From Thermoplasmata archaeon (GTDB taxonomy: Archaea; Thermoplasmatota; Thermoplasmata; Thermoplasmatales; Thermoplasmataceae), in the NCBI GenBank assembly GCA_021821635.1, contig JAKACH010000001.1:8304-72303 (forward strand): a DNA stretch of 64,000 nt, written 5' to 3'. The notes beneath the pieces were generated by a model. It ran no database searches. It was not told where the DNA came from and saw only the letters and a list, made by a program, of their open reading frames with translations. The position numbers were made by a program, and so were the translations under genes. Below, one piece after another: positions 18,030 through 28,423 of this stretch (position 1 is the first letter of the stretch; each line of letters opens with the position of its first letter).

Positions 18030-19010
18030 TCAACTTGGCGGATCACTGATGCCATCTTCAGTTACCTGGATCACAACCTCTCCTTCAGGCAGGCTCGGCG
18101 AGTCTATCAGCCTGGCGATACGTCTGCCAGCCTTCGACTTCCTAAGGTATATCCTGAAAGTAGCCGTGTGCCCGACTATATTTCCGCCTATAGGAGCAGT
18201 CGGATCACCGAAGAACACATCCGGACGCGCAGAAACCTGGTTAGTAACAGCAATGACTGCGTTATTAAGAAGCCCGAACTTTAGCAGGTCATGCATGTGC
18301 CTGTTAAGCATCTGCTGCCTGCCTGCAAGGGATCCACGCCCCATGAATTCAGCCCTGAAGTGTGATGTAAGCGAGTCAACAATCAGCAGCTTTATGTTCC
18401 TTCCCTTGGCCTCTTCGATCGCTTTCTCAACCAGGAGTATCTGGTGATGAGAATTATATGCCCTAGCTACCTGTATTCTTCTCAATGTCTCATCGGGATC
18501 AAGACCCTTTGCTTTTGCCATCTGTATAATTCGCTCAGGCCTGAACGTGTTCTCCGTATCTATCATGAGAACGTCGCTGTTGAAGCCTCCCATTTCTTCC
18601 GGCATAGTCGCGTTAACTGCAAGCTGCTGCATTATCTGGGTCTTGCCAGAACCGAACTCTCCGAAGAACTCAGTTATAGACTGGGTTTCAAGGCCGCCGC
18701 CTATGAGATCGTCGAGGTTCTTGGATCCGGAGGTCAGCTTCTTTACGAGCTGCCGCCTCTTCATTATCTCTTCACCGCTCTCGAAGTTGCCCACGTCGGC
18801 AAACTTCCTGGCGGAGGCAATGATCTTGACCGCGGCACCTTCTCCTATTCCTGCCAGTTCTGAAAGGTCTTTCGGGGACGCAACCGCCAGCGACAGTATG
18901 TCATCGTAACCATTTTCCCTTAATTTTTCAGCTGTGGCTTCCCCAACTCCGGGAAGATCCTCAACTTCAATTTTTTTCTCTTCCTTTACCGTCTTTTCCT
19001 CTTTTGCCAT
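18030..19010 (-). CDS. radA: DNA repair and recombination protein RadA
   Basis: 326 aa. It has the N-terminal HhH '[17 protein letters not shown]', Walker A 'GEFGSGKTQ' and Walker B 'LLIVDS'. Confidence 0.95.
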   Translation of the reverse strand: MAKEEKTVKEEKKIEVEDLPGVGEATAEKLRENGYDDILSLAVASPKDLSELAGIGEGAAVKIIASARKFADVGNFESGEEIMKRRQLVKKLTSGSKNLDDLIGGGLETQSITEFFGEFGSGKTQIMQQLAVNATMPEEMGGFNSDVLMIDTENTFRPERIIQMAKAKGLDPDETLRRIQVARAYNSHHQILLVEKAIEEAKGRNIKLLIVDSLTSHFRAEFMGRGSLAGRQQMLNRHMHDLLKFGLLNNAVIAVTNQVSARPDVFFGDPTAPIGGNIVGHTATFRIYLRKSKAGRRIARLIDSPSLPEGEVVIQVTEDGISDPPS

Positions 19011-20026
19011 TACTGCATTCCTCCCTTGATACCAAGAGAGCGATCCGTTCTCTCTATAGAACCTTCTCTATCTGACAACTCAAACATCGCCCTGATTGCA
19101 TCGACATTCTCCGGAACAACGTCGCTTTCCTGGTGGACGGCCTGGATGAAGTTCAGCCTACTCCCGCTGACCTTAATACTCTCCTTCCACACTGCAATTT
19201 CAAAGAGATCTCCCCGTGGCCTGCCAAGCTCGCGTGCATAGTCCATGATCTGAGCGGTTGAGCTCTTTCCATCTTTTCCGGAAGTTACAAAGATCCTCCT
19301 CTTCTCGGAGAATATGTCGATTACCTTACTGGAATTGGTTTCTTTCTGCAGGTCTACATTCAAGACATGAACGTGCATGAGTGTTGTCGGTACCTTTACT
19401 GCAACCGTGTCCACGGGGATCTTTCCTATTACTGTCTGGAGATCCGGGCCATGATGTGACGGGAATGAAAGGCTTGGCTCTACAGCGTTTATAGGTCCTT
19501 TCTTGCTGTCGTTCTGGTCTGTTGCTCTCCTGACAAGTGTTGCATAAATTTTGCTTACTCCTATCGAATCCCTTAGAGACGACATAGTCCTGGCCAGTCC
19601 AGTTGTGTTACAGGAGACAACACGAACATAATCCTTGCCCCGCGCCGAATCGTAGTTGGCATATGCGTTGAAGCTGGCTTGCGCAATATCTGCTTCCTCT
19701 CCGCCCTGAAAGACAGCTTTGACCCCTTTCTTTTTGTAAGTAGCAAGATTTTTCTCGCCAACTCCCTCAGGAGTTGCATCAACCACTACTTCGGCTTCCT
19801 CGATCATGCTCTCGACTGTGCCTTCAACCTTTACTCCCTTATCCTCAAATTCCTTCATGCTTTTCTGGTCAGGAACAAAGATCCTGTATTTAGTGGAGGC
19901 AAGCTTTGCTATATAGTCGGGAGAGGCTTTTGCAATTCCCACCACCAACATGTCGTCCTGCAGCGTTATCGCATCAGCCACCCTCCTTCCAATAGTTCCG
20001 AAACCGTTAACCGCGACTCTGATCAT
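19010..20026 (-). CDS. gap: archaeal-type glyceraldehyde-3-phosphate dehydrogenase
   Basis: 338 aa. '[20 protein letters not shown]' is followed by the catalytic 'VVSCNTTGL'. It overlaps radA by 1 nt. Confidence 0.9.
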   Translation of the reverse strand: MIRVAVNGFGTIGRRVADAITLQDDMLVVGIAKASPDYIAKLASTKYRIFVPDQKSMKEFEDKGVKVEGTVESMIEEAEVVVDATPEGVGEKNLATYKKKGVKAVFQGGEEADIAQASFNAYANYDSARGKDYVRVVSCNTTGLARTMSSLRDSIGVSKIYATLVRRATDQNDSKKGPINAVEPSLSFPSHHGPDLQTVIGKIPVDTVAVKVPTTLMHVHVLNVDLQKETNSSKVIDIFSEKRRIFVTSGKDGKSSTAQIMDYARELGRPRGDLFEIAVWKESIKVSGSRLNFIQAVHQESDVVPENVDAIRAMFELSDREGSIERTDRSLGIKGGMQ

Positions 20027-20270
20027 CGTGTGACGATCTCAATCATAAATATAGAAGGATCGAATCTTCTGCTTATTCCTTTTACATTCCTGCTCTAAGC
20101 ATAAAGGATATGTTGAAGATGTCTTTTATTGGATTTCGAAGCATCCTGCACCATAGATGTGGCCTGAACGAGGAGAAAGAATGTATAATCATTTATTGGG
20201 ATAGCCAGAAGTAGAATTTGCTTGCAACATGGATGCCAAGTTTCATATGTAGCAGCCGATTTCCAGCCGC

Positions 20271-23200
20271 TTGCGAATTATTGCATTTATTCTAATAATG
20301 CTACTAACTGCACTTGTACCAGTCCACGCATATGGGCAGCTTGGCGCAACAGTGCAGGAAACAGGAACATATTATTTTTCGAACAACCCTTCAGGGACAT
20401 TTCCTTCAAATTCCTCGCTTTTTCATTTTTCCGTCATTGGGAACAGCAGTACCCTGACTGCCGAAACAGGAAAGGGAACAAATGGAACCGGGCTTCTGCT
20501 GTCGACCTGTAACGGCAATGGCGCATCATATCTCGCCATCGAGGTTAATGGAACCTATCGTAACTTCTCCTTATCGATATCATTTTCGTGGAATGATACA
20601 AGAAACTTTGGTTTTACCGAAGATTATATTGCATTGATGTCAGGAGCCAACACTATGCTAAATCTCTCATTCGGCCCGGATGACGGCTACGGACTGTTTG
20701 AGTATAGAAATTCCTCATCCAAGCATGTGTCTGGTGAACCATCACAAAACACATTATGCAACCTTTCAATATCATACGCGTCCGGTTCTGGATCAACATA
20801 TTTCTCATTTCTTGCAAACGGGCAAAATTCCAGTATTCCGCTAATGTATCCTGCCGCATGCATAGTTAACGAGACCCCCAAACTCATTCTGGGCGGAAGC
20901 ATATCATCATTTACGCTCTATTCAATCAGCATCGGCAACTCTTCAAGGTACAATCAATTTCAACCAAGTCACACTGCGATAACGCCTTCGAAATCAATTA
21001 TTGAAAAGGATCCGTTTGGCCCTTTATATTACAACTATACATGGTTCGACTCTTCCCTGAACACAATCATTGGAATAACCGCTTCAAACTTGATAGCTGC
21101 CTACAACATTGAAAACTCAACAAGTTATAATCTCTATTCTGGCAAAACCTTGAACGGGAACTTAAGCATAATCGTCGGTGATTCTAGTTCAAGCATAATT
21201 TATGTCGCATCCAACCTGACATCAAGCATCTTCTTTACAGTTTCGAAGAGCAACTTATCTGTAAGCGTAGTAACGCTTGAAAGTACACTGGAAGGATTCG
21301 AGGGCATAATCGGCAGCAATGGCACATATGTTCTTCTTGGAAACAGTGGGGAGGTTGCCTATATTGAAAACTGGGTATTGAAATCCAGTTTTACCATATC
21401 ACCCCTTCTGCATGCTTTTCTGCTGAACGCAAGCATAGAGAGCCTGAATGTCACGGCAGATTGGCTCTTGAATAATACAATCTATACCACCCTGATCCAC
21501 GTCCAGAATTCATCTTTTGTGATAGTTTCAAAAAGCATCCTGAACAGTATACCATCGTCATATACGCCGGTTAAGACTTTCAGTGACTCCGGCAACATTT
21601 CCTCGATCCTTTCTTACGGTGGCAATACAACTGCATCATATCTATCTCCTGCCGGATATTTTGGACTAGACGTCGCAATTTCACAGGGGATGGTGGCAGG
21701 AGGCATTTCACAGCATTCCTTCTCCCTCTATACTGGAGGAAACATGTTCCTGGCATCCGGGCAGATCATATATTCGTTTCAGGCAGTAAATGCAAGCGGA
21801 TATGTCCCGATAGCTTTCTCATCATTCGGTATACTCCTCCTTTCACCTTCATCCATGATAATTTACTATAATGGTTCTCATCTCTTACTAACGGGAAAAG
21901 CCCCTACAGCAGTTATTAACAGTACCTATGTGTTAAGAAAGCAGGTGAACCTTGACTTCTATATACAATCTACAAGTCAGTTTACTGCATTACTTGCATT
22001 CGGCAACCTGACACTGAATTCAGAAACTTCATATTTCAAATTTAACAGCACTGAAATATCTGACGGGTCCTATTCTGCACTGCTTAACATAAGCAATATG
22101 CAGGGATATAAGACATCTTATGCCTCAACCATTGTGGTGGACAACGGCAATCCTGACCTTACACTGAGCATCGCGAACAATTCCTTTGTGCCACAGAATT
22201 TTGACCTGGGTCTAAACTTCACTTTCTGGTCACAGATAAAGAATCTCAGCATTGCTTATGCTGGCAGTAACATAAGCATGATTCCTGAAAACCAGACAGT
22301 TCATGTTGCATTCGGCAACCTTACAGGCTCCCAGACAATCCAGCTTGATCTGGTTGATGAATTCGGAATAGGTCATATTTATCAGATCGATGTGACCGTA
22401 ATTTCGAACGATACCTCCGGTTTCGAGATCAACCTTCAGAATGGAACATTCCTGGATTCAACGCATTATCTGCTGGCTTGGTCGTCAGTCCCATACACAG
22501 AAGAATATTTGATAGAAGTCAGGGGAATGGGCATCTGGGAAAATATCAGCGGGAATTCGACCTCAACAAATATTAGCCTCGTTAATGGAAATCTCACAGT
22601 TTCCATTTCAGCGATTCAACTTGACGGCAGATCACTATTTCTCGCAGAACGCTCAATATTTGTTGTAGCATACAGCCCCGAGCTTTTACTCTCAGGAAAT
22701 TCATCAGGCTACTATTCTTTCTATGGAAATTCCTCAAACAATACTTTCATTTTAAATGCCCAGACAAATTCGAGTGCATTCATTTCGTTGGACGTAATTT
22801 CTGCGAACGGTACCGTTTTATTCACAGCAGCAGGGCATAATTACGTTACATTCAACGAAGACAACGAAACCTTCATATTCGCCGCGAACGGTCTTTACAA
22901 GATACGTCTGGTTGCTACGGGTCCAAGCGGCCTTTCAAGTCAAGCCACTCTCACTCTTAGCATAAACAACAGTGATCCACTTCCGATTTACGCGACAGGT
23001 TCACACATATTCACCAACTCGTCCCTCATGCAGGTAGGTAAGGATCAGCTTCCCGGCGTCAACTACCTCTATACAGTTTATTTCAGTGGAACCGAGGTAG
23101 AACAATCTAGAGGTGGATTATTCACGCTACTTAACGGTACTGGAAACTATTCGCTTGTCGTGTACGAGCTAAACGAATGGTCGGATCATACTACGGTTGT

Positions 23201-23987
23201 GGTCCCGGTAACATATGAGACTGCATCCCCCGAGGTAAATATATCACAGCAAGGAAGAAATAGCCAGCACATCCGATACAGCATAGAGGATGCTGCCCCT
23301 TTGAAAACCATTTTGCTGCACTACCTGAATCACACGATCGCCCTGAACGCTTCCCATATGAGCGGAAACCTGAATATGGATATGCAGGAGAATACAATCA
23401 TAAACGTCTCTCTGTATGCTCTTGATGCCTGCGGAAATTATGCTACAGCTGAAACAGTGTTCATAACAACAGATTTCGTGAACATTACGTCATCAAGCCT
23501 CGACGCTTTCTCGATATTCGGGATTGGCATCTTCCGCGTGGGTCTTTCCGGACAGAATATCGCTAATGCTTCGGTCACTATCAAGGCAACTGGAGATTCG
23601 TCTAACAGTTCTCTTTTTATTGAATATTTTATGCCATTTGGCTATTCTACGGTCACCGCTGTTGTGAGCTATAACGGTCACCAGTTCACGCTCACAAAGA
23701 GGGTGTATTCAATAGGCTGGTATCCACTTATCGCAGCGGTGGGAATATTTCTGATAGTTCTTGCATTGCGAATGGCAGGGCAGTCCAGTGATCCTGAAAA
23801 AATACAAGAACTTGTCTTCGGCTACGCCAATCATTCCATGAAAGAAATTAAAAAACAATCTGTAAGATGGAGAGTCCGGAAGAAGGCACTTTACGCGACA
23901 ATCGAGGCCATGTCCAAGAAGGGACTAATTAAAGTGGAAGAGGATCCTGATGGCGAATCATATTTAATGCTTCAGGAAAAAACCTGA
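20271..23987 (+). CDS. giant membrane-anchored surface glycoprotein (1238 aa) with a cytoplasmic winged-helix-like tail
   Basis: It has a TTG start and the signal peptide MRIIAFILIMLLTALVPVHAYGQ. I counted more than 50 N-x-S/T sequons by hand, and the composition is S/T/N-rich. A single C-terminal TM 'WYPLIAAVGIFLIVLALRMAG' is followed by a 68-aa charged tail. Confidence 0.8.
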   Translation: MRIIAFILIMLLTALVPVHAYGQLGATVQETGTYYFSNNPSGTFPSNSSLFHFSVIGNSSTLTAETGKGTNGTGLLLSTCNGNGASYLAIEVNGTYRNFSLSISFSWNDTRNFGFTEDYIALMSGANTMLNLSFGPDDGYGLFEYRNSSSKHVSGEPSQNTLCNLSISYASGSGSTYFSFLANGQNSSIPLMYPAACIVNETPKLILGGSISSFTLYSISIGNSSRYNQFQPSHTAITPSKSIIEKDPFGPLYYNYTWFDSSLNTIIGITASNLIAAYNIENSTSYNLYSGKTLNGNLSIIVGDSSSSIIYVASNLTSSIFFTVSKSNLSVSVVTLESTLEGFEGIIGSNGTYVLLGNSGEVAYIENWVLKSSFTISPLLHAFLLNASIESLNVTADWLLNNTIYTTLIHVQNSSFVIVSKSILNSIPSSYTPVKTFSDSGNISSILSYGGNTTASYLSPAGYFGLDVAISQGMVAGGISQHSFSLYTGGNMFLASGQIIYSFQAVNASGYVPIAFSSFGILLLSPSSMIIYYNGSHLLLTGKAPTAVINSTYVLRKQVNLDFYIQSTSQFTALLAFGNLTLNSETSYFKFNSTEISDGSYSALLNISNMQGYKTSYASTIVVDNGNPDLTLSIANNSFVPQNFDLGLNFTFWSQIKNLSIAYAGSNISMIPENQTVHVAFGNLTGSQTIQLDLVDEFGIGHIYQIDVTVISNDTSGFEINLQNGTFLDSTHYLLAWSSVPYTEEYLIEVRGMGIWENISGNSTSTNISLVNGNLTVSISAIQLDGRSLFLAERSIFVVAYSPELLLSGNSSGYYSFYGNSSNNTFILNAQTNSSAFISLDVISANGTVLFTAAGHNYVTFNEDNETFIFAANGLYKIRLVATGPSGLSSQATLTLSINNSDPLPIYATGSHIFTNSSLMQVGKDQLPGVNYLYTVYFSGTEVEQSRGGLFTLLNGTGNYSLVVYELNEWSDHTTVVVPVTYETASPEVNISQQGRNSQHIRYSIEDAAPLKTILLHYLNHTIALNASHMSGNLNMDMQENTIINVSLYALDACGNYATAETVFITTDFVNITSSSLDAFSIFGIGIFRVGLSGQNIANASVTIKATGDSSNSSLFIEYFMPFGYSTVTAVVSYNGHQFTLTKRVYSIGWYPLIAAVGIFLIVLALRMAGQSSDPEKIQELVFGYANHSMKEIKKQSVRWRVRKKALYATIEAMSKKGLIKVEEDPDGESYLMLQEKT

Positions 23988-24025
23988 TTTGATTACCTTT
24001 ATCTATTATTCAGCTATCTTGCAGA

Positions 24026-25672
24026 ATGCGTTCTAACCAGACTGGCCACATAGGCAGCCTTGAGATAAAAAACAGGATTGCCATGGCTCCAATGATCTCA
24101 AATCTTGCAAATCCTGACGGAACAACAAACGAAACACACTTGAGTTATCTGGAAGAGAGGGCAAAGGGCGGAGCAGGGCTCATCATAACAGAGTACACAT
24201 ACATTAATGATCTGAACTCAAGGGGTTCCAGGAATGAACTTGGCGCGTTCAGCTCCACACAGATTCCGAAGCTCCGGAGGATACCGGAAAGTTTACACAA
24301 GTACGGGGCAAAGACATTCATGCAGATAGTTCATGCCGGCGGTAAGGCACTTCAGGATGAAAACAGGAAAAAACCTATGGCACCTTCCCCTGTTGATTAT
24401 TTGGGGAGGACCCCTTCTGAAATGTCAGGGGGCGACATAGAGGAAGTTGTGAAGGATTTTGAGAAAGCTGCCTTGATTGCATATAATTCCAGGTTTGACG
24501 GAATAGAGATACATGGCGCCCATGGTTATCTCATCCATGAGTTCATATCACCTAACCTGAACATCAGGCAGGACAGATATGGCGGATCCTTTGAAAAGCG
24601 GCTAGTTGTTCCGCAGATGATCATTGACGCAGTGAAGGAAGTAAAGGATATTCCCGTCGGGATCAGGCTCAGCCTTTATGAAGACGATCCTAACGGCTTC
24701 GATCCCTCATATGGACTCAAGGTCGCCGAATCCCTTCGCGGGATAGATTACGTTCATTTCTCGGCGGGTAATTTCAACCCTCCAGGTTCTTCTGCTTCTT
24801 TCTATACACAGGAAGCACACGTTTTCTCTAAACTCCCAAGGAAACCGAAGATCACTTCGATGATAGTCGGATCACTTGTCAATGCGCAGTCAATTGAAAA
24901 AGCCCTTGAAGTCTGCGACTTTGTATCCGTGGGCAGAGGAATGCTTGCCGATCCGTCTTTTGCCCTTAAAGTAATGAAGTCTCCTTCCCTGCTGCGTCCA
25001 TGCATAAGGTGTAATCAGGGCTGCAGGGATCTATCATACGGAGAAGTAAGATGCACCGTGAATCCATCGGTTGGCTACGAATACAGGAGAACCGAGAGAT
25101 ATACTGGGGAAATTGCAATCATCGGGGCAGGAATTCAGGGACTAGAGGCGGCACTGTTCGCAGCCAAATCCGGCCTCACTGTAACACTTTATGAGTCCAG
25201 TGAAGCAATAGGAGGGCAGCTGAATAAGATTACTGATGAATACAAAAAGAAGGCAATCAATCCACTGCTTTCATACTACAGCAATGCCCTGGAAAAAATT
25301 GGCGTCGATCTTATACTGAACTCAAAGTATACCGGAACTGGAATATATTGTCTTCCTCCTGTGACATACCCGGACATTCCTGAAGATGCAGATCTTGTGG
25401 AGAGCAACATATATGCGCACCATGATACTTTTCTCTTCCTGGCAGGGACCAGGAAACTGAAGGTTGGTACAAGAAGCCTGACCAGCCTTGACAGGGCAAG
25501 GAAAAGCGCATACATGCAGATTGCCGCATCCAGGGGGATAGAATTTGTGGAGTCTGCTGATTTCTCGTTTTCACTGATTGTGAAGGATCAGTACGATATA
25601 CTGCAGGCAATGAATGCTGGCAGGACCAAAGTTTCCATGTATATTGCTGAGAACCGCTCAGATTTTCTCTGA
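24026..25672 (+). CDS. Old-Yellow-Enzyme-type NADH:flavin oxidoreductase fused to an FAD/NAD(P)-binding domain (2,4-dienoyl-CoA reductase-like)
   Basis: 548 aa. Motifs are 'IAMAPM', 'GFDGIEIHGAHGYLIHEFISP', the Fe-S linker 'CIRCNQGC' and the dinucleotide fold 'IAIIGAGIQGLEAA'. Confidence 0.8.
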   Translation: MRSNQTGHIGSLEIKNRIAMAPMISNLANPDGTTNETHLSYLEERAKGGAGLIITEYTYINDLNSRGSRNELGAFSSTQIPKLRRIPESLHKYGAKTFMQIVHAGGKALQDENRKKPMAPSPVDYLGRTPSEMSGGDIEEVVKDFEKAALIAYNSRFDGIEIHGAHGYLIHEFISPNLNIRQDRYGGSFEKRLVVPQMIIDAVKEVKDIPVGIRLSLYEDDPNGFDPSYGLKVAESLRGIDYVHFSAGNFNPPGSSASFYTQEAHVFSKLPRKPKITSMIVGSLVNAQSIEKALEVCDFVSVGRGMLADPSFALKVMKSPSLLRPCIRCNQGCRDLSYGEVRCTVNPSVGYEYRRTERYTGEIAIIGAGIQGLEAALFAAKSGLTVTLYESSEAIGGQLNKITDEYKKKAINPLLSYYSNALEKIGVDLILNSKYTGTGIYCLPPVTYPDIPEDADLVESNIYAHHDTFLFLAGTRKLKVGTRSLTSLDRARKSAYMQIAASRGIEFVESADFSFSLIVKDQYDILQAMNAGRTKVSMYIAENRSDFL

Positions 25673-25819
25673 ACCTATACTCCAACAGCCAGTAAATGAA
25701 ATAGCTTGAAGATAGCCGATCCTGGGTTGCACAAATATGCATTCAACGCAGAGCTTTAGCAGCAAATCCTATGCTGATAAGGTTTCCAGGAATGTTTATT
25801 ATTTTATTGCCAATTACTG

Positions 25820-26755
25820 GTGTCGCAGAAGTGCATTATGATAAAGATTGAATCCGCAACCAAGATATATACACACAACGCCCCTCCTGCGGTTGATTCT
25901 CTTGATCTCGAGATCCTGGATGGCCAGATTCTAGGCCTAGTTGGCCTGAATGGAGCCGGAAAAACGACCTCAATAAGGATGGCCTCTGGAATAATCCTGC
26001 CAACCTCAGGTCATGTAATGGTTGACGGTCATGACATCGTGAGCGACAAGGTGAAGGCAGCGGCACAGGTTGGATGGATACCGGAACTGCCCAACTTCGA
26101 GCCTAACGCAAAGCCAGTCGAACTGATGAGGTATTTTGCCGGATTCTATGGGATACCGGCTGAAGAGGCAAATAAGAGGATTACAGCACTTCTCACAAAA
26201 GTTGGCCTTGCCAACGACCTGAACAAGAAACTCAGGAACTATTCTCAAGGAATGAAGAAGCGCTTTGCAATAGCTGAATCAATAGTTGGTGACCCAAAGA
26301 ACGTGCTTTTTGATGAGACCCTGAACGGTCTTGACCCAGAAGGCGTTGTTTTTGTCAGGAATCTCATGTTTGAAATGAAGAAAGAAGGAAAGGCAATCCT
26401 GCTTTCATCGCATATATTAAGCGAAGTTGAGGATGTTGCGGACAGAGTTGCGATAATCAACCATGGAAAGCTTATCAAGATACTTACCAGGAATGAACTA
26501 CGGACTCTTGGAAAGACAATTGTCAAAATTTCAGTGGACAACTATGACGATTCATGCCTGAAGATGCTAAAGGAATTCGGGGAGCCACGATTCGACGGTC
26601 ATGATGTTGTCCTTTCAGATCTGACAATAACTGATGATCAGTTAGCCATGATACCGGAAAACATGATAAAAGCAGGTTACAGGCTAAGGCAGTTCACGCC
26701 AATGGGCGAAACGCTCGAAGAATACTTCTTCGGGCTGATAGGTGAGAAGCAATGA
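25820..26755 (+). CDS. ABC transporter ATP-binding protein (ABC-2/DrrA type)
   Basis: Walker A 'GLNGAGKTT', signature 'YSQGMKKR', Walker B 'VLFDETLNGLD' and H-loop 'SSHIL'. The start is GTG 25820 or ATG 25838. Confidence 0.9.
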   Translation: MSQKCIMIKIESATKIYTHNAPPAVDSLDLEILDGQILGLVGLNGAGKTTSIRMASGIILPTSGHVMVDGHDIVSDKVKAAAQVGWIPELPNFEPNAKPVELMRYFAGFYGIPAEEANKRITALLTKVGLANDLNKKLRNYSQGMKKRFAIAESIVGDPKNVLFDETLNGLDPEGVVFVRNLMFEMKKEGKAILLSSHILSEVEDVADRVAIINHGKLIKILTRNELRTLGKTIVKISVDNYDDSCLKMLKEFGEPRFDGHDVVLSDLTITDDQLAMIPENMIKAGYRLRQFTPMGETLEEYFFGLIGEKQ

Positions 26756-28236
26756 GGCCGATCACATACGAGATCAAGAGAACGCTTACCAGCAAATTCG
26801 TCATCATAATGATTGTAGCAATTGTAGGTCTTGCATCCCTTCTCGCATACGAGAACGGATCGACTTTTTCTACAGTGAATGTTCCAACAACACCGGAACT
26901 TACCACCGGGTATTACATCAACGGTCAGAACCTTACCATGGTCGGTTATTTCCATGATGCTTATGGACATCCGATAGACCATATCACCGCCTACTACGAA
27001 TACAACAACACATTTTACAGTAGCGCAGCGAATAAGTATGGTTTTGCAAACGCTACCATTCCAGCTATTCCAACGGGAAAGCCAGTAACCGTACTCGTTA
27101 ACTTTACTTACGAACGCTTCAGGCAACCCGTATCAAGTCCACAAACTGCTTTACAGATAAATGCATTGAATTTATTTTCCGGACTCACGGTCGTAAATGG
27201 AATATTCAACCCTGCAAACAAATCCAACCTCGGCATGCTTGCATTTTATGTCGGCTCAGGCGGTTCGACAGCGCCGCCTATTACGTTTTACATTTCACCA
27301 ATCAATCTTTCCAGGATATCGTCAGTCAATCCCGCTTCTCTTGAGGCAAACAGCACATTCTCAATCACCCGATCTGGCTTTGTCGAAACTACAATATTCC
27401 CTCAGGTAACAGCAGCGGACAGAGGCATGAATTATAGCGTGGTGGCGACAAACACAACTGGAGCATTTATTGCATTTACCACCTCTTCCGACACCTCCCC
27501 TGTTGGCATACTTGGGCCCCTTTCCCTGTACACAAAGTTGAGCCAAAGTGATCTTCAGGGTCTTGTCTTTTCAGGCACATCACAGATACTTGGATTCCTG
27601 ATTCCCATACTCGCAATATTCGCGGCATACCTTACCTATGGAAAGGACAGGACAACAGGCGTTCTGGAATCAGTGCTCAAGCGTCCTATTACACGTGGAG
27701 AGATAATCTTTTCAAGATTCATTTCGAACTCTGTGGCTATCATAGGTGCAGTAGCGCTTTCCATGCTGTTTTCAGATCTGATAATAAATCATTACCTTGG
27801 ATCATACCTGTCGGCTTACTTCGACGCATACTTCATCTGGACATACGTGGTGGAAGGTCTCTCCTTCCTTGCCCTCGTTTATTTGTTCTCCCACCTGGTT
27901 AAGTCACAGGGCGCCCTGCTGGGTGCAGCCATTGCAATCTTCGTTGTATGGGACTTATTCTGGACAATTATACCTATAGCGATCCTCTCAGCCCTGGGCA
28001 TCGGCTCGAGCACAAACACCTATCTGTCAGCTGAGGTGCTGTTCAACTACATAAGCCCAGCCGGATACGGGAGCCTGGTCCAGACATTTTTCACGGGAAA
28101 GATTGGATTGATCAGCAGCACATCAATCAATCCTGCACTATTTGGGATTAACGTTCCTCTCCTGATTACAGCGGGAATCCTGTGGATGGTAGTACCTTTC
28201 GCCATTGCATTCTCATTAGCCGTAAAGAGGGATTGA
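26752..28236 (+). CDS. ABC-2 type permease with a large extracytoplasmic domain
   Basis: 494 aa with a 4-nt overlap with the ATPase gene. It has an N-terminal TM, a ~250-aa sequon-rich external domain and five C-terminal TMs. Confidence 0.7.
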   Translation: MRPITYEIKRTLTSKFVIIMIVAIVGLASLLAYENGSTFSTVNVPTTPELTTGYYINGQNLTMVGYFHDAYGHPIDHITAYYEYNNTFYSSAANKYGFANATIPAIPTGKPVTVLVNFTYERFRQPVSSPQTALQINALNLFSGLTVVNGIFNPANKSNLGMLAFYVGSGGSTAPPITFYISPINLSRISSVNPASLEANSTFSITRSGFVETTIFPQVTAADRGMNYSVVATNTTGAFIAFTTSSDTSPVGILGPLSLYTKLSQSDLQGLVFSGTSQILGFLIPILAIFAAYLTYGKDRTTGVLESVLKRPITRGEIIFSRFISNSVAIIGAVALSMLFSDLIINHYLGSYLSAYFDAYFIWTYVVEGLSFLALVYLFSHLVKSQGALLGAAIAIFVVWDLFWTIIPIAILSALGIGSSTNTYLSAEVLFNYISPAGYGSLVQTFFTGKIGLISSTSINPALFGINVPLLITAGILWMVVPFAIAFSLAVKRD

Positions 28237-28423
28237 TCATCTTCGCACACACAACATCATGCAGTGCATTTGTCAACGCCCCTCTTCTTAATCAGAGGAG
28301 CGTTGGTTACTGGGAGATAAAGGAGCGGAATTGTTATTCTCCAATGTTCTTCCCGAGCATTTGGTAAAAAGCAAAGGGATTCAGAAACATCTTATACAGT
28401 GTTTTGATTTGCGTTGTCGTAAA

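Noticed and set aside
17833-18909. Three long plus-strand ORFs (204, 139 and 120 aa) opposite radA and the ACT gene
   Set aside because: They are antisense shadows of the confidently identified, GC-rich radA. Their sequences are Ser/Cys/Pro-rich with no motifs.
20222-20512. A 96-aa ORF overlapping the start of the 1238-aa gene
   Set aside because: It is out of frame with the giant ORF, which has a proper signal peptide from TTG 20271. The 96-aa product has no features.
28237-28423. The N-terminal extension of the tracked ORF 28331-28978 and the CCTCT...AGAGG hairpin in the spacer
   Set aside because: The extension (MLFSNVLPEHLVKSKG...) precedes a perfect signal peptide that starts at ATG 28424, so it is probably untranslated. 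The 5-bp hairpin is too short to call a terminator.
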